Shown: piece after piece, positions 48,598 through 58,789 of the stretch | How the letters are laid out: each line of letters begins with the position of its first letter | How positions within the stretch are numbered: the first letter of the stretch is position 1 | Origin: a virus | Lineage: Duplodnaviria; Caudoviricetes | Length of the DNA: 64,000 nucleotides | Virus record (IMG/VR): IMGVR_UViG_2671180244_000004 | Span: 32,001 to 96,000 of that record | Direction: 5' to 3' (one strand) | Made by a program: the position numbers and the translations under genes | The notes under the pieces: model-generated | What the model was told of the DNA's origin: nothing | Database searches by the model: none | The model's input: the letters and a program-made list of their open reading frames with translations, nothing else

Positions 48598-49134
48598 ATG
48601 GCAACAAAACTTCAAAAAGCTATTACTGAAGTAGGTAAACATACTACTGGCAATTTAAATTCATTAAAAATTAAAACAGTGGCGCATGGCGCTAAAGTGT
48701 CTGGTTCTGATATTGATAATTTCACATTGGTGGAACTAGGATTCAATTCAGACGGAGATCGTATTGCGAAAAAATTGTCTGATAAGACGAAAAAAGCTTA
48801 TTTGATTGCGACTCCAGAAACTCGTTACATGGGTGAGTCACTAAGAGACTTTTACAATGGTGACGGCGAACGTGCAAGAATTGTTATTTTAGAGCCCGCT
48901 TATACTCGCTTCGATGTTTCGGCATTCACGCTTAACACTGGTCAAACTGAAGTTAAACGTGGACAAGTAGCCCATTTCGACATTGCAACGGATAAATATA
49001 TTCTGAGTGATGCTGCAGCACCGCATGAAGACTATGAAGGCTCTTCAGCTAAATTCCTAGTAGTCAATGGTGAAGATGACCTTAGTTATACGATGGGTCA
49101 AAAACTTGTTCGACTTGAAGTAATTGAAGCTTAA
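48598..49134 (+). CDS. yonC: head decoration-like protein
   Basis: 178 aa, between scaffold and capsid genes. Confidence 0.65.
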   Translation: MATKLQKAITEVGKHTTGNLNSLKIKTVAHGAKVSGSDIDNFTLVELGFNSDGDRIAKKLSDKTKKAYLIATPETRYMGESLRDFYNGDGERARIVILEPAYTRFDVSAFTLNTGQTEVKRGQVAHFDIATDKYILSDAAAPHEDYEGSSAKFLVVNGEDDLSYTMGQKLVRLEVIEA

Positions 49135-49175
49135 GTAATTACATACAAAAATTTCTCAATAAAAGGAGCATTTTA

Positions 49176-50189
49176 ATGTTTGATAATGTAAAAGTTAGAG
49201 GCCTATTCAGCCGTGTTCTAAACAACCAAATGGAGCAAAAGGATGAATCGGATATCAAAGAATGTATTAAAAAAGTATTTGGTGATGGCACAGTAAATCC
49301 TGACCCTTCAATGTTACATCAATTCAACAATTTGGTTGTTGAACAAGCAGATGCCATTGCAAAGCCTAAAGTTACAGAGTTGTTTAAGCTTTTTGCTGAT
49401 ACTGACCAAGAAAAACCAGGAACGCTCAAACAACTTAAAATTCCGAAGAAAAACAAAGCTAAATTTGTATGGTCTGCATCTGGTTCAGGCGTAGATTTAG
49501 TTCGTGTTGAAGGTCGTGAGTCCATTACTGCAGTGCCACAAACACTTTCTACAGGATTCTACTACGAACCTCTAGATCTCGTTGCGGACACTGTTGTTGC
49601 TTTTGATAAGCTTGTTAATGACATTGCTGACGCAAAGGTTCGTCTATATTTAGATAAAATTCACGAATTAACCGCTTCGGCAGTTAGCTCTGGAAAAATC
49701 CCTGCAAAGAACGTACAAACTGGATCCAACCTAACTATTCAAAAATATAGTGAGTTAGCTTCTGTTCTTCAACGTTATGGAGGTCGCCCGGTATTTATTG
49801 CAGATTCATTGCTTATTGACTATTTTGCTAATCAACAAGGGACTGATCCGAAATACGTCAATCTCCTTTCTGACAAAATCAAAGAGGAGCTTCTTACAGC
49901 ACTAAACCCATCTACAATCGGAAGAACTACAGCTGTTAACTTGATTAACCCATTCACTGATGAAACAAATACAAAAGTTGAGTTGCCGGTAAATAAAGGG
50001 TACATGTTTGCTGGCGGAGTCTCACAAAAACCATTTTCTGTTGTGGAATATGGTGGTTTAAAACAAATGACTGAACAAGATATTGAAGACGAGCGAGTAA
50101 AAATGAAAATCACTCAATCTGCTTCTCTCGTTCTACTTTTCGGCGAAGCTATCGGCATCATCGAAGAACAGGCAGCAGTATCCATTTAA
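49176..50189 (+). CDS. yonB: major capsid protein
   Basis: 337 aa; synteny. Confidence 0.75.
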   Translation: MFDNVKVRGLFSRVLNNQMEQKDESDIKECIKKVFGDGTVNPDPSMLHQFNNLVVEQADAIAKPKVTELFKLFADTDQEKPGTLKQLKIPKKNKAKFVWSASGSGVDLVRVEGRESITAVPQTLSTGFYYEPLDLVADTVVAFDKLVNDIADAKVRLYLDKIHELTASAVSSGKIPAKNVQTGSNLTIQKYSELASVLQRYGGRPVFIADSLLIDYFANQQGTDPKYVNLLSDKIKEELLTALNPSTIGRTTAVNLINPFTDETNTKVELPVNKGYMFAGGVSQKPFSVVEYGGLKQMTEQDIEDERVKMKITQSASLVLLFGEAIGIIEEQAAVSI

Positions 50190-50225
50190 TTTAAGTTAAA
50201 AAGGATTAATTAGGAGGAATATTAA

Positions 50226-50696
50226 TTGACGGAAAAAGTTAAATTAGCACGTTATAGAAATACATCATACTTTGTAGGATACACCGGTGACGGTGCAAAT
50301 AAACAATATACTTGGACAGGAAGTAAAAATGGAAAAGTCGATGTCAAAGAAGTCCCAAGAGAACTAGTTGATTGGTTAACTATGAGTAGCGTATGTTTTG
50401 ACAAAGGTGAATTGGTTTTGATTGAGGAAAATGAGGAATCAAAAGAAATTACAGACTCTATTAATGATGTTGAGACTTATGTTAATAACACTCATACCAA
50501 AGAAGAGATTGAAGCTATGATTAAGTCGAGTACTGCTGCTCAGCTCAAGAAACAATTGACCGAGATCACTGTGGAAGCTGAAAAGCAATTTGTAATAGAT
50601 GTTGCATCAGAATTCAGTGATGATATCGCTAAAGGCAAACTTACAGTTTTAGCTGACTGGATGGGTGTAGAAGACAGTTCTATTCTTTTTGATTAG
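50226..50696 (+). CDS. yonA: virion morphogenesis protein
   Basis: 156 aa; synteny. Confidence 0.65.
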   Translation: MTEKVKLARYRNTSYFVGYTGDGANKQYTWTGSKNGKVDVKEVPRELVDWLTMSSVCFDKGELVLIEENEESKEITDSINDVETYVNNTHTKEEIEAMIKSSTAAQLKKQLTEITVEAEKQFVIDVASEFSDDIAKGKLTVLADWMGVEDSSILFD

Positions 50697-50706
50697 GTGG
50701 TAATTT

Positions 50707-51108
50707 ATGAATACTACATATGATCAAATTTGGCAATGTTTCTTAGATAATTGCAAAACCTCTGATATAAACCTCCCTACTGATGACGAAGGTATTTACT
50801 CTCAAATCAAGAATGCCTCCCTTCTCTTCAATAATCGGTTTAGAGATAATCGAATTAAGTGTGACAATGATACAGAGACTGTAGATCGTCTTCTAAATGA
50901 AGATGATCTGCTTATCTTGGGGAATTACATACGTTTGGTGTTTTTAAAAAATGAATTAACCTCTTATTCGAGTATATGGCAACCCTTCTCCAAAGACATT
51001 GGGGCAACTCATCTTTCAGCTCAGATTAAAGCACTTGAATCCCAGGTGAATGAGCAGCAAAGAACAATTGACAAAATAATTTTTAATACGGAGGTAGATT
51101 TCGTATGA
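50707..51108 (+). CDS. yomZ: head-tail adaptor-like protein
   Basis: 133 aa; synteny. Confidence 0.6.
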   Translation: MNTTYDQIWQCFLDNCKTSDINLPTDDEGIYSQIKNASLLFNNRFRDNRIKCDNDTETVDRLLNEDDLLILGNYIRLVFLKNELTSYSSIWQPFSKDIGATHLSAQIKALESQVNEQQRTIDKIIFNTEVDFV

Positions 51109-51341
51109 GATTATATGTAAACGATCAATTGTATTCTAGCTGCGTACCAATTAACGAACACCTTACTAGACTAAGTAAGAAAAATAATTCAGTGCTATAC
51201 AAACTGGAAGAATTTCTAGATAAAAAATTGATTGCCGATCCCTCTTTGTCTGAAATTAGAGACATTATTTTATCAGTAAGTGGTGATATCGTACGTTTGG
51301 AAAATTCTATTGTTTGTGGTGATCATGATGAGGAACTTTAA
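51105..51341 (+). CDS. yomY: hypothetical protein
   Basis: 78 aa, coupled; synteny. Confidence 0.55.
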   Translation: MRLYVNDQLYSSCVPINEHLTRLSKKNNSVLYKLEEFLDKKLIADPSLSEIRDIILSVSGDIVRLENSIVCGDHDEEL

Positions 51342-51972
51342 AAATTATCATAAATTTAATCCTAATCAGAAGATTTCTTTTGATGGACAGAGTATTTTCG
51401 AACGTGGACTAGAAGGATTTCAAGGTGAAGATGTTTTTATTGACGGTATTTCCGTGAAATGTCTGATTCAATCTAAATCAAATGATGGATTGTTTAGATA
51501 CATATTAGCTAAACCTGATGAGATTAAATTGGGTAGTGTTGTTGAATGGGATATCGGCAAATGGTTGATTGTAACACAACCCAGTGACAATAAGATTTAC
51601 AAAAAAGCAGAAATGCGACTGTGCAACAGTTCAATCAAATTATCTTCAGGTGACATATATGTAGATACAGGTAAAATCAATGAAATCACTGGAAAACCAA
51701 TAAAAAAACTTGTTCCTGGTGAAAGCATTGAAATCCCTTCCGTGTTTGAGAGAACTGTTTCAGTTAATGGCTCTGATCAACCTATCAATCTTCCTGATGG
51801 CCAAGCTCACATCACTCTCCCCTACTCAACTAATCCTCAATTAAAAATTGGGTTAAAAACGCAATTTTATTCAGAAGAGTATATTGTCCACGATATTGAT
51901 TATTCAAAAGTGATTAATGGCGTAGGTACTATTAAGCTCATTGCAAAAAAGAAAGTCAGTGATGCCAAATGA
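51325..51972 (+). CDS. yomX: head closure-like protein
   Basis: ~215 aa from MMRNF; synteny. Confidence 0.6.
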   Translation: MMRNFKNYHKFNPNQKISFDGQSIFERGLEGFQGEDVFIDGISVKCLIQSKSNDGLFRYILAKPDEIKLGSVVEWDIGKWLIVTQPSDNKIYKKAEMRLCNSSIKLSSGDIYVDTGKINEITGKPIKKLVPGESIEIPSVFERTVSVNGSDQPINLPDGQAHITLPYSTNPQLKIGLKTQFYSEEYIVHDIDYSKVINGVGTIKLIAKKKVSDAK

Positions 51973-52484
51973 GTATGATGGTTCAAGAAATGACTGAGTT
52001 GTTTAATAGAGCATGGCAGGATAACGATCTAAATCGTCTTCTCTACTATAAAGACACCCCCCTCTCCCCTAATCTTCCTAATGTACAAGAGTTGAATAAT
52101 TATTTTGAATCAACTCCCGATGAACAAACTCCAATATTCAAGACAATCTTCAAAAGGGCTGCTAAAACAAGCGATCTAACTGATGACAAGCCTATTTGTA
52201 GAGTGTGTATTTATTTTGGCCTCTCTTCACCGCTCCCTCCGCATTTAAGTGAAAAAGTTTTAGAGCGAGATTTGCATTTTGATGTATACACTCACATTGA
52301 CACATTCGAAGAAAACGAATTTAGAAGTCTTAAAATTATAGACAGACTTTCAAAGCTGTACTTAGGGAAGAATGTTGCTGGTTATGGGAAAACGCAGTTT
52401 GTAAGAGGGCAGCCAATCGCCAATCCTCCAAATGGTTACACTGGATACAAATTGATTTTAAAGATCGGTGGGCAAAAATGGTGA
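51969..52484 (+). CDS. yomW: tail completion-like protein
   Basis: 171 aa; synteny. Confidence 0.6.
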   Translation: MSMMVQEMTELFNRAWQDNDLNRLLYYKDTPLSPNLPNVQELNNYFESTPDEQTPIFKTIFKRAAKTSDLTDDKPICRVCIYFGLSSPLPPHLSEKVLERDLHFDVYTHIDTFEENEFRSLKIIDRLSKLYLGKNVAGYGKTQFVRGQPIANPPNGYTGYKLILKIGGQKW

Positions 52485-53206
52485 TCTCATTTAATCTTGA
52501 TTATTTAATCACTGGGCAGCCTATTAAAACTCCGTATGGCGAGTGTTCTTTTATAAAGATTAAAGATTATCCGCAATTCTACACCCATTTAGCTTTGTTC
52601 AAAATGTCCAAGAAAGAGATCATTTATAACTATAGCAAGAAAGAAAACAATCAATATGGTGAGTTAGACGATTTAATTGCTGAGTTAAAAACGATGACAC
52701 TATTTGAAATAACTGGTGAGCTTGAAAACTTCAAAGAAGCATATGAATCAGTCTTTAGTTACATGTTCGGGAAAAACATTTTAGAGGATATTTCTGAAGA
52801 TGACTTCAACGATATTAGAAATTTGATTTTAAAAATGTGTGTTCTCAAAGAAGAGAAAATCAGTTCTAACCCAGAAATACAAAGAGCAAACGAACGAAGT
52901 CGTAGGGTAAAACAAGCAGATTCGGGCAACGTTGAACTAGCTGACATTATAGACAGTGTTGCAATCGGTGCGAATACTCCTATTCATGTTATCAATGAGG
53001 GATCGATGTATCAGTTATATAGGCTGTATTATCGACTGGCACAATTTAAGAATTACGAAACCACTACTCTGTTTGCAACGGTAAGCCCAGAAGCTGGTAA
53101 AAATATTGAAAGTTGGAGTAAGTCTATTGACTTATTTGAGGAAGAAAAACACTACATGAGTAGAGAAAGCTTCTTTAATTCAACTAAAGGTTTCGCACAA
53201 GGATGA
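52478..53206 (+). CDS. yomV: virion morphogenesis protein
   Basis: 242 aa; synteny. Confidence 0.6.
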   Translation: MVISFNLDYLITGQPIKTPYGECSFIKIKDYPQFYTHLALFKMSKKEIIYNYSKKENNQYGELDDLIAELKTMTLFEITGELENFKEAYESVFSYMFGKNILEDISEDDFNDIRNLILKMCVLKEEKISSNPEIQRANERSRRVKQADSGNVELADIIDSVAIGANTPIHVINEGSMYQLYRLYYRLAQFKNYETTTLFATVSPEAGKNIESWSKSIDLFEEEKHYMSRESFFNSTKGFAQG

Positions 53207-53249
53207 TGCATTGCATCGTCTTTTTTTATTTTTAAGGAGGAATACATTA

Positions 53250-54041
53250 ATGAAAATGGTAATTCAAGACACAGCTGATGTTTATTTCAAACGTAAATCT
53301 GATGGACATACTGTGTTTACAACTGAAGCTCAATTAGCTTCCCTATCTGGAGCTATCTCCGAGGAAAAGCTATACGCTGGAATCGGCAACAAACCTGTCT
53401 ATATTCTCAAGACTCAAAAAGAACTTACCCTATCTGTTAGGAATGCTTTGTTTGACCTTGAGTTCTTAGCGATGTCACAAGGTGAAGGTGTCCGAGAGGA
53501 TGTCAGTGTTAAACTATTTGATCGTGAACACAGTATTAAAGTTACGGAAGACAATAGTGTTGAATTAAAAGGAAAGACTCTTGCGGATCACATGGTTACT
53601 TTTTACAACAAAAAGAATCAGACATATCAAGTCATTTCTAGCAGCGATGGAAAATACACGTTGCCAACTGCGTTTGTATCTCCGAAGGAAACTGTTACCG
53701 CAGTATTCCATGTTGAAAAAATGGGTAGAAGTATGAATATCAAGGCCTCTCGCTTTTCTGAGAGATATGAAGTTGAATATAGAACAATTGCTTACAATCC
53801 AGAAACTGAGCAAGTCTATTCTGATATCATTATTCAGTTCCCTAACGTATCTCCTTCAGGAGAATTCGAGCTGTCTTTAGAAAACGGTCAGGCGTTAACT
53901 CCAGAGTTCAAATTCGAAGCGCTTGCTGATATGGACACTGATAATATGGCTGTGATTTCAGAAATTCCACGTGATCAATCAGAGAATAAAACTCCTACTC
54001 AGCCAGACGAAGGTTCTACCGATGGTGATCTAGGAGAATAA
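53250..54041 (+). CDS. yomU: major tail tube protein
   Basis: 263 aa from MKMVIQDTA, RBS AAGGAGG; synteny. Confidence 0.7.
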   Translation: MKMVIQDTADVYFKRKSDGHTVFTTEAQLASLSGAISEEKLYAGIGNKPVYILKTQKELTLSVRNALFDLEFLAMSQGEGVREDVSVKLFDREHSIKVTEDNSVELKGKTLADHMVTFYNKKNQTYQVISSSDGKYTLPTAFVSPKETVTAVFHVEKMGRSMNIKASRFSERYEVEYRTIAYNPETEQVYSDIIIQFPNVSPSGEFELSLENGQALTPEFKFEALADMDTDNMAVISEIPRDQSENKTPTQPDEGSTDGDLGE

Positions 54042-54059
54042 TTAAAGGAGGTTATATTA

Positions 54060-54635
54060 TTGTCTGACTTTTTAAACCAGTCAAACGGACGATATACATC
54101 ATCTAAAGATGACGGGAATGGCAACCCTATCACCTCTGTTGAAGTGAACAACAAGAAGCCAATTGATGTAACTCTATCAAATGAAAAAATTTCTGTAGAA
54201 GTTTCTAACACATCTTCCGTTCCAGTTGTTATTAGAAATACAATCCCAATTAAAACAACTGTTCAAAAGGGTTATAAAGAAGCGCTACTTGCCGAAAATG
54301 TAGATATCACAAGTGGAGAGTCATCTGTATACACACTTGATTTGGTAGATGATTTTGGCTTGTTTAATACATATGGAGTTTCATTGTTAACAGCGCAAGA
54401 AGATGAATTAGGTAAGGTTGATTGTGCAATTTATGCAACCCCAAAAGTTAACTCCCAATTTTCTCCTTCTTCCCAAAGCGATAACACCATATTATTCAAA
54501 GACTCTACACTTACAAAAGACTCCCCTCTTTCTAAATCGATTCCTTTCAGATCGCCTAAGATTTCAATTGTTGTCAAAGCGAGTGGAAATGTTGATTTAA
54601 CAGGCTTAACTTTAGCTGTCTGGGGTATGGATTGA
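54060..54635 (+). CDS. hypothetical virion-associated protein
   Basis: 191 aa, beta-rich, RBS AAGGAGG. Confidence 0.7.
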   Translation: MSDFLNQSNGRYTSSKDDGNGNPITSVEVNNKKPIDVTLSNEKISVEVSNTSSVPVVIRNTIPIKTTVQKGYKEALLAENVDITSGESSVYTLDLVDDFGLFNTYGVSLLTAQEDELGKVDCAIYATPKVNSQFSPSSQSDNTILFKDSTLTKDSPLSKSIPFRSPKISIVVKASGNVDLTGLTLAVWGMD

Positions 54636-54676
54636 ATTATTTATGAGGAGGTCTCCCCTCCTCTTTTTTATAAGGA

Positions 54677-55042
54677 GTGATTATTATAGCAGAAGATACA
54701 GCTCCTATTGTCGTAATTCCTGATCGTGCATCATTTGTTTTTCATGAGAAGTCAGTCTCCCCTTCTGATGGTGAGCCATTTGAAGTTAAACACTACCAAA
54801 AACTAGCTATCACCATCACTGGGACATCTACTTCAAGGAAAATTTCGTTTGTCGGCTTAACGAATGATGATCAGGAAATTGAATTAGGAGGTACTCAGTT
54901 AAGTGATTACCGAATAGCAACTGGAACAGAAGGAATTAACGAGGCTTGGGAATTCTCAATTTTCCCTTTTAAAAAAGTGTTTTTTAAATTGGATGAAGTA
55001 ACTGATGGTGATGTTACCGTTTATGGGGAGGTATCCACCTAA
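54677..55042 (+). CDS. yomS: YomS-like protein
   Basis: ~120 aa; synteny. Confidence 0.55.
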   Translation: MIIIAEDTAPIVVIPDRASFVFHEKSVSPSDGEPFEVKHYQKLAITITGTSTSRKISFVGLTNDDQEIELGGTQLSDYRIATGTEGINEAWEFSIFPFKKVFFKLDEVTDGDVTVYGEVST

Positions 55043-56130
55043 TGCTCGACTCCAATATTAAAGGTCTCTTCAAAAAAATCGAATATCAACTTGCTAATTT
55101 AAAGGGTTTGTTTACTAAAAATGAAAAGCAAATGCTCGATAGCATCAAGGTGTTCAAAGAGGAAAATGATCAATTTAAAGAAGATCAAACCTTTTTGTTA
55201 AATGATCACATTAATAATAATGAAAACCCGCACAATGTAACAAAAGAACAGATTGGTCTATCAAACGTTTTGAATAAGGAACAGGCGACTAAAGAAGAGT
55301 TTAGTGAGCATTCAAATAATCACGAGATACATGTTACACAATCTCAGAAAGATGAGTGGTCGATCAAAGAGACAGTTGATGGCTCTCAAGAAAAAGCTGA
55401 TAAAGCCCTTGATGATGCAGCTAAGTTGCTATCACTCCATAAAAATGAACTGGGTATACATACTTCATTGGAAGAAAAACAGCATTGGAACGGGTATTCA
55501 AACCTTATTAACGAACTGGATCAAACTTTGCAAAATTCTCAGTTATATAGAATTACAACTGCTAATGGATATGCGACACAGATACAAAATTCAGTTGATA
55601 TATTTACGCTAAAAACTGGAGTCTACTTTGGGAAAAGTCTTGTTAATTCGCCTATTTCTACTGATGAAGATATATTTGTCATCGTTTTTGAAAAAGATGA
55701 AAACACCAAAAGTATTAATGTGGTAAGGCTGAACGATGGGGAAATGTGGACTTCAGCAACACAGAATCAAATTAACTCTGAATGGGTAAAAGCCATTTCA
55801 TTAAATGATTATAAGAGAAAATGGACAAACACAACCTTAATCAACGGAGCAGTCACTAATCCTCTTTATCCATTAAAACACAGTTTAAATACTTTGGATA
55901 ATTCACTTGATATACAAGGAACATTCACAGCTTCGGTTGGCACTACTATTGCAGCATTGTCTTACTATCCTTCTCAGAATATCGACTTTACTGGAGCAAC
56001 AATTGGATCCATCGGTATAGCTCGCATGACATTGAAAACAAATGGTGAGTTGGTTTATACAGGTTTGAATTCTAGTGACAATACTAAAGTCGAAAGAATA
56101 TCTTTGAATGAAAATATAAAGCTTACATGA
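55042..56130 (+). CDS. tail fibre/baseplate protein (YomR-like)
   Basis: HINNNENPHNVTKEQIGLSNVLN and IHVT repeats, C-terminal beta domain. Confidence 0.75.
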   Translation: MLDSNIKGLFKKIEYQLANLKGLFTKNEKQMLDSIKVFKEENDQFKEDQTFLLNDHINNNENPHNVTKEQIGLSNVLNKEQATKEEFSEHSNNHEIHVTQSQKDEWSIKETVDGSQEKADKALDDAAKLLSLHKNELGIHTSLEEKQHWNGYSNLINELDQTLQNSQLYRITTANGYATQIQNSVDIFTLKTGVYFGKSLVNSPISTDEDIFVIVFEKDENTKSINVVRLNDGEMWTSATQNQINSEWVKAISLNDYKRKWTNTTLINGAVTNPLYPLKHSLNTLDNSLDIQGTFTASVGTTIAALSYYPSQNIDFTGATIGSIGIARMTLKTNGELVYTGLNSSDNTKVERISLNENIKLT

Positions 56131-56142
56131 AGAGGCACAGCA

Positions 56143-56418
56143 ATGAAAACAATATTTTATTATGATGAAAACTTTGTTTACTCAAGACAGTATGACTATT
56201 TTGAAGGAGAAATTTTGCCAGAAATGAGCACAGATATCGCCCCTCCCCAATCACTTTATTTAGGAAAATTTGATCCTAAGAAAAAACAGTGGAATGAATC
56301 TGCTTCTCAGGAGTATAAAGATTCATTGCAAGTCGAGCTTAAACCTCCTGAAATTAACTTGGTTAAACAGCAAGTATCCGATCTTTATTATTTGATTGCG
56401 ATGGGAGGAGGAATTTAA
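56143..56418 (+). CDS. tail fibre assembly-like protein (YomQ-like)
   Basis: FYYDENFVY, TDIAPP, FDPKKKQWNE. Confidence 0.65.
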   Translation: MKTIFYYDENFVYSRQYDYFEGEILPEMSTDIAPPQSLYLGKFDPKKKQWNESASQEYKDSLQVELKPPEINLVKQQVSDLYYLIAMGGGI

Positions 56419-56574
56419 ATGAATACTGAGTTTGACTGGTATAAAGTAATTAAAGGTTTTTACGATGATGGACTTTGGACTAAAGAGAGAGTGTACAACA
56501 CTGTGGGCGCAGGAAGAATCACGCCTGAACAGTATGAAGAAATCACAGGAGAAAAATATACTCCACCACAATAA
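56419..56574 (+). CDS. yomP: XkdX family protein
   Basis: MNTEFDWYKVIKGFYDDGLWT..V..GRITPEQYEEITGEKY. Confidence 0.8.
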   Translation: MNTEFDWYKVIKGFYDDGLWTKERVYNTVGAGRITPEQYEEITGEKYTPPQ

Positions 56575-56588
56575 AATAAGAATTTTAT
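56571..56588. repeat. 18-bp boundary palindrome
   Basis: ATAAAA-TAAGAA-TTTTAT; contains the yomP stop. Confidence 0.75.
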
Positions 56589-56849
56589 TGAAATAGAAGG
56601 TTTAACTTGAACGTTCTTGCTAACTTTGTTGATGTGTCAGAGGACATTTTACTTTTGAAGGGTTTCTGCAAAGAATCTCTTAAAGGAAAATTAAAATGGC
56701 TTTTCTTTTTATACCCTTTGTGTCTATTAGCAGTGACACTGTTAAAGCTCACTTCCCTTGTTTATTCAATAAAACACAATAAATATTCTAAAAAACGCTA
56801 ACACCTCTCCCCTATTTGAGGTGTTTTTATTTTAATCATAAGGAGAGAT

Positions 56850-57332
56850 ATGATGACAACACAAAAATTAACACTTGATCACATTAAAGATGGGAATAAA
56901 AAATACGATGAGAAAGTCAAGGTTCAGTTAGATGAAAAGTTTCATGTACATATCTACCCTAACTTTGATCCAGTTAAGATTACTCAAATGATCAAAATGG
57001 CTTTGGAAGATGCAGCTGAAATTGAGTCGAATAAAAAGATTAAACACAAACTTAATTTCGTTGATCTTTTAAACATTTATACAATCCTCACCTTCAGTGA
57101 TATCGCTAATATCCCACAAGGAATCACATCGAAAGTTAACTTAATGAGTGAATTGGTTAAGTCCCCATACTATCAAATAATCAACGATTCTTTTCCTAAA
57201 GAGAGTTTCGAAAGCATTGATGAGAAATTGCGTTCAATGACAGAAGGTATGATCAAAACTCAAGAGGCACTTACTGATAAAGCGAACGAAGAAATCTTGA
57301 AAAAAGTTGAAAAACTAAATGCTGAAGCATAA
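56850..57332 (+). CDS. yomO: tail assembly chaperone-like protein
   Basis: 160 aa; synteny. Confidence 0.6.
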   Translation: MMTTQKLTLDHIKDGNKKYDEKVKVQLDEKFHVHIYPNFDPVKITQMIKMALEDAAEIESNKKIKHKLNFVDLLNIYTILTFSDIANIPQGITSKVNLMSELVKSPYYQIINDSFPKESFESIDEKLRSMTEGMIKTQEALTDKANEEILKKVEKLNAEA

Positions 57333-57754
57333 TGGCCAAAAATCATAAGGGATTAGCCGCTATGCTTGAAAAAGCAGCTTTAAAAGCCTTGCAGACTGGC
57401 AGTCATACAAAAGAGCTCTTAGTCAAAACAGGTCAAGAGCAAGTCCAAACAGTTGTATATGATTCATATAGTCCAGTGGAATATAACCGAACTGGTGAGT
57501 TAAAGGCTTATTTTGTTGTAGCTAATGAATCAAATGGAATCTCACTAGACAACGTAAGAGCAGACGATGGACGAGATGTTGCAACAGTTGTTGAGACTGG
57601 TGAAGGATACCAATTCCCTGACGAATATGGTTATGGCTATGGTGAGCCTCGTCCTTTTATGGGCAACACTGCTGAAAAGCTCAAACACAGTGGTGAATTA
57701 GTGGAAGCTGCTATGAAAGATGTTCGCAAGGCTGGTTACAAGACAATCAAATAG
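57332..57754 (+). CDS. yomN: HK97-gp10-like tail protein
   Basis: YNRTGEL and PRPFM motifs. Confidence 0.65.
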   Translation: MAKNHKGLAAMLEKAALKALQTGSHTKELLVKTGQEQVQTVVYDSYSPVEYNRTGELKAYFVVANESNGISLDNVRADDGRDVATVVETGEGYQFPDEYGYGYGEPRPFMGNTAEKLKHSGELVEAAMKDVRKAGYKTIK

Positions 57755-57773
57755 CCTGGCGGTGAATTTAAAA

Positions 57774-58775
57774 ATGAGTAAAGAAATTGAACAAAATATG
57801 CTCCGCAAAAGAGCACAGAAGCTCCCTGAAGTTACAGATGATATGTGGTCACAGGTCGATCAAGAACATCGAGACCTGGTTTCAGAGTTTCTAGATGCCA
57901 ACTCATTCAGGGATAAAACTAAAAAACAGTATCATTCTACACTACGTCAGTTTTTCTGGTGGGTACATACATCATTAAACGGCAAGAAGCTATACAAGAT
58001 CACTAAAAGAGATTTTATACGATACCAGAGCTTCTTGAAAAATCGTGGAATGTCTTCAAGTGGCATTGCACTAAAAAAAGCTTCTGTGTCTTCTCTTAAC
58101 AACTATCTTGAAAACATAGTGGCTGAAGACGATCCGAACTATAAGACTTTTCGAAACTTCACTCGCGGCCTCCCTGCTATACCTAAAACGGTGACTTATG
58201 AAAAAGTTAAAGTAACATACGATGATTACAAATTAATGATGGACACTCTAGAAGAAGATGAAAACTATCTTGGGATGGCATGGCTAGCCACTGCATTTAA
58301 TGTTGGTGGTCGTAGAGCAGAGTTAGTCCAGTTTAAAACAGAAATACTAGACTATCCTTTAAGTCAAGGTCAATCATATGTTATGAGTCATAAAGTGTTC
58401 GGAAAAGGCAGAGGCGAAGGGAAAGTTTTAGAATACATGGTGAATTTAGAGGCACTTAAGTACATGAGAATATGGCATGAGAAACGTGGATATGATCATG
58501 AGTACATCTTCACCACTCAATATGGCGGCGAGCCTAAGCAAATCTCAGAGTCGTGGGCAGATTATTTTTGTTCAGATGTACTTTCGGACATTCTCGGCAG
58601 ACGAATCAACCCTCACCTATTTAAAGCCTCTTGTATTACCTACCTTCTCGAAGTGAAAAAGATCAAGTTGGAATTGGTTAGTAAATACATTGCTCACCAT
58701 AAAGATGTATCAACTACAATCAAACATTACGATTTAAGAAACTTCGAAGAAGAAAAGAATCAAATCTTCGTTTGA
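57774..58775 (+). CDS. yomM: tyrosine recombinase YomM
   Basis: 333 aa from MSKEIEQ; GGRRAE, GKG, HLFK, HH..VSTT..HY. Confidence 0.88.
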   Translation: MSKEIEQNMLRKRAQKLPEVTDDMWSQVDQEHRDLVSEFLDANSFRDKTKKQYHSTLRQFFWWVHTSLNGKKLYKITKRDFIRYQSFLKNRGMSSSGIALKKASVSSLNNYLENIVAEDDPNYKTFRNFTRGLPAIPKTVTYEKVKVTYDDYKLMMDTLEEDENYLGMAWLATAFNVGGRRAELVQFKTEILDYPLSQGQSYVMSHKVFGKGRGEGKVLEYMVNLEALKYMRIWHEKRGYDHEYIFTTQYGGEPKQISESWADYFCSDVLSDILGRRINPHLFKASCITYLLEVKKIKLELVSKYIAHHKDVSTTIKHYDLRNFEEEKNQIFV

Positions 58776-58789
58776 AATCCCTCTTTTAT
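58772..58789. repeat. 18-bp boundary palindrome at the yomM stop
   Basis: TTGAAA-TCCCTC-TTTTAT; TGA stop in the left arm. Confidence 0.72.

Noticed and set aside
56585-56801. Overlapping ORFs on both strands after yomP
   Set aside because: Neither has a convincing RBS; the minus-strand frame stops in the palindrome and may be a cassette remnant
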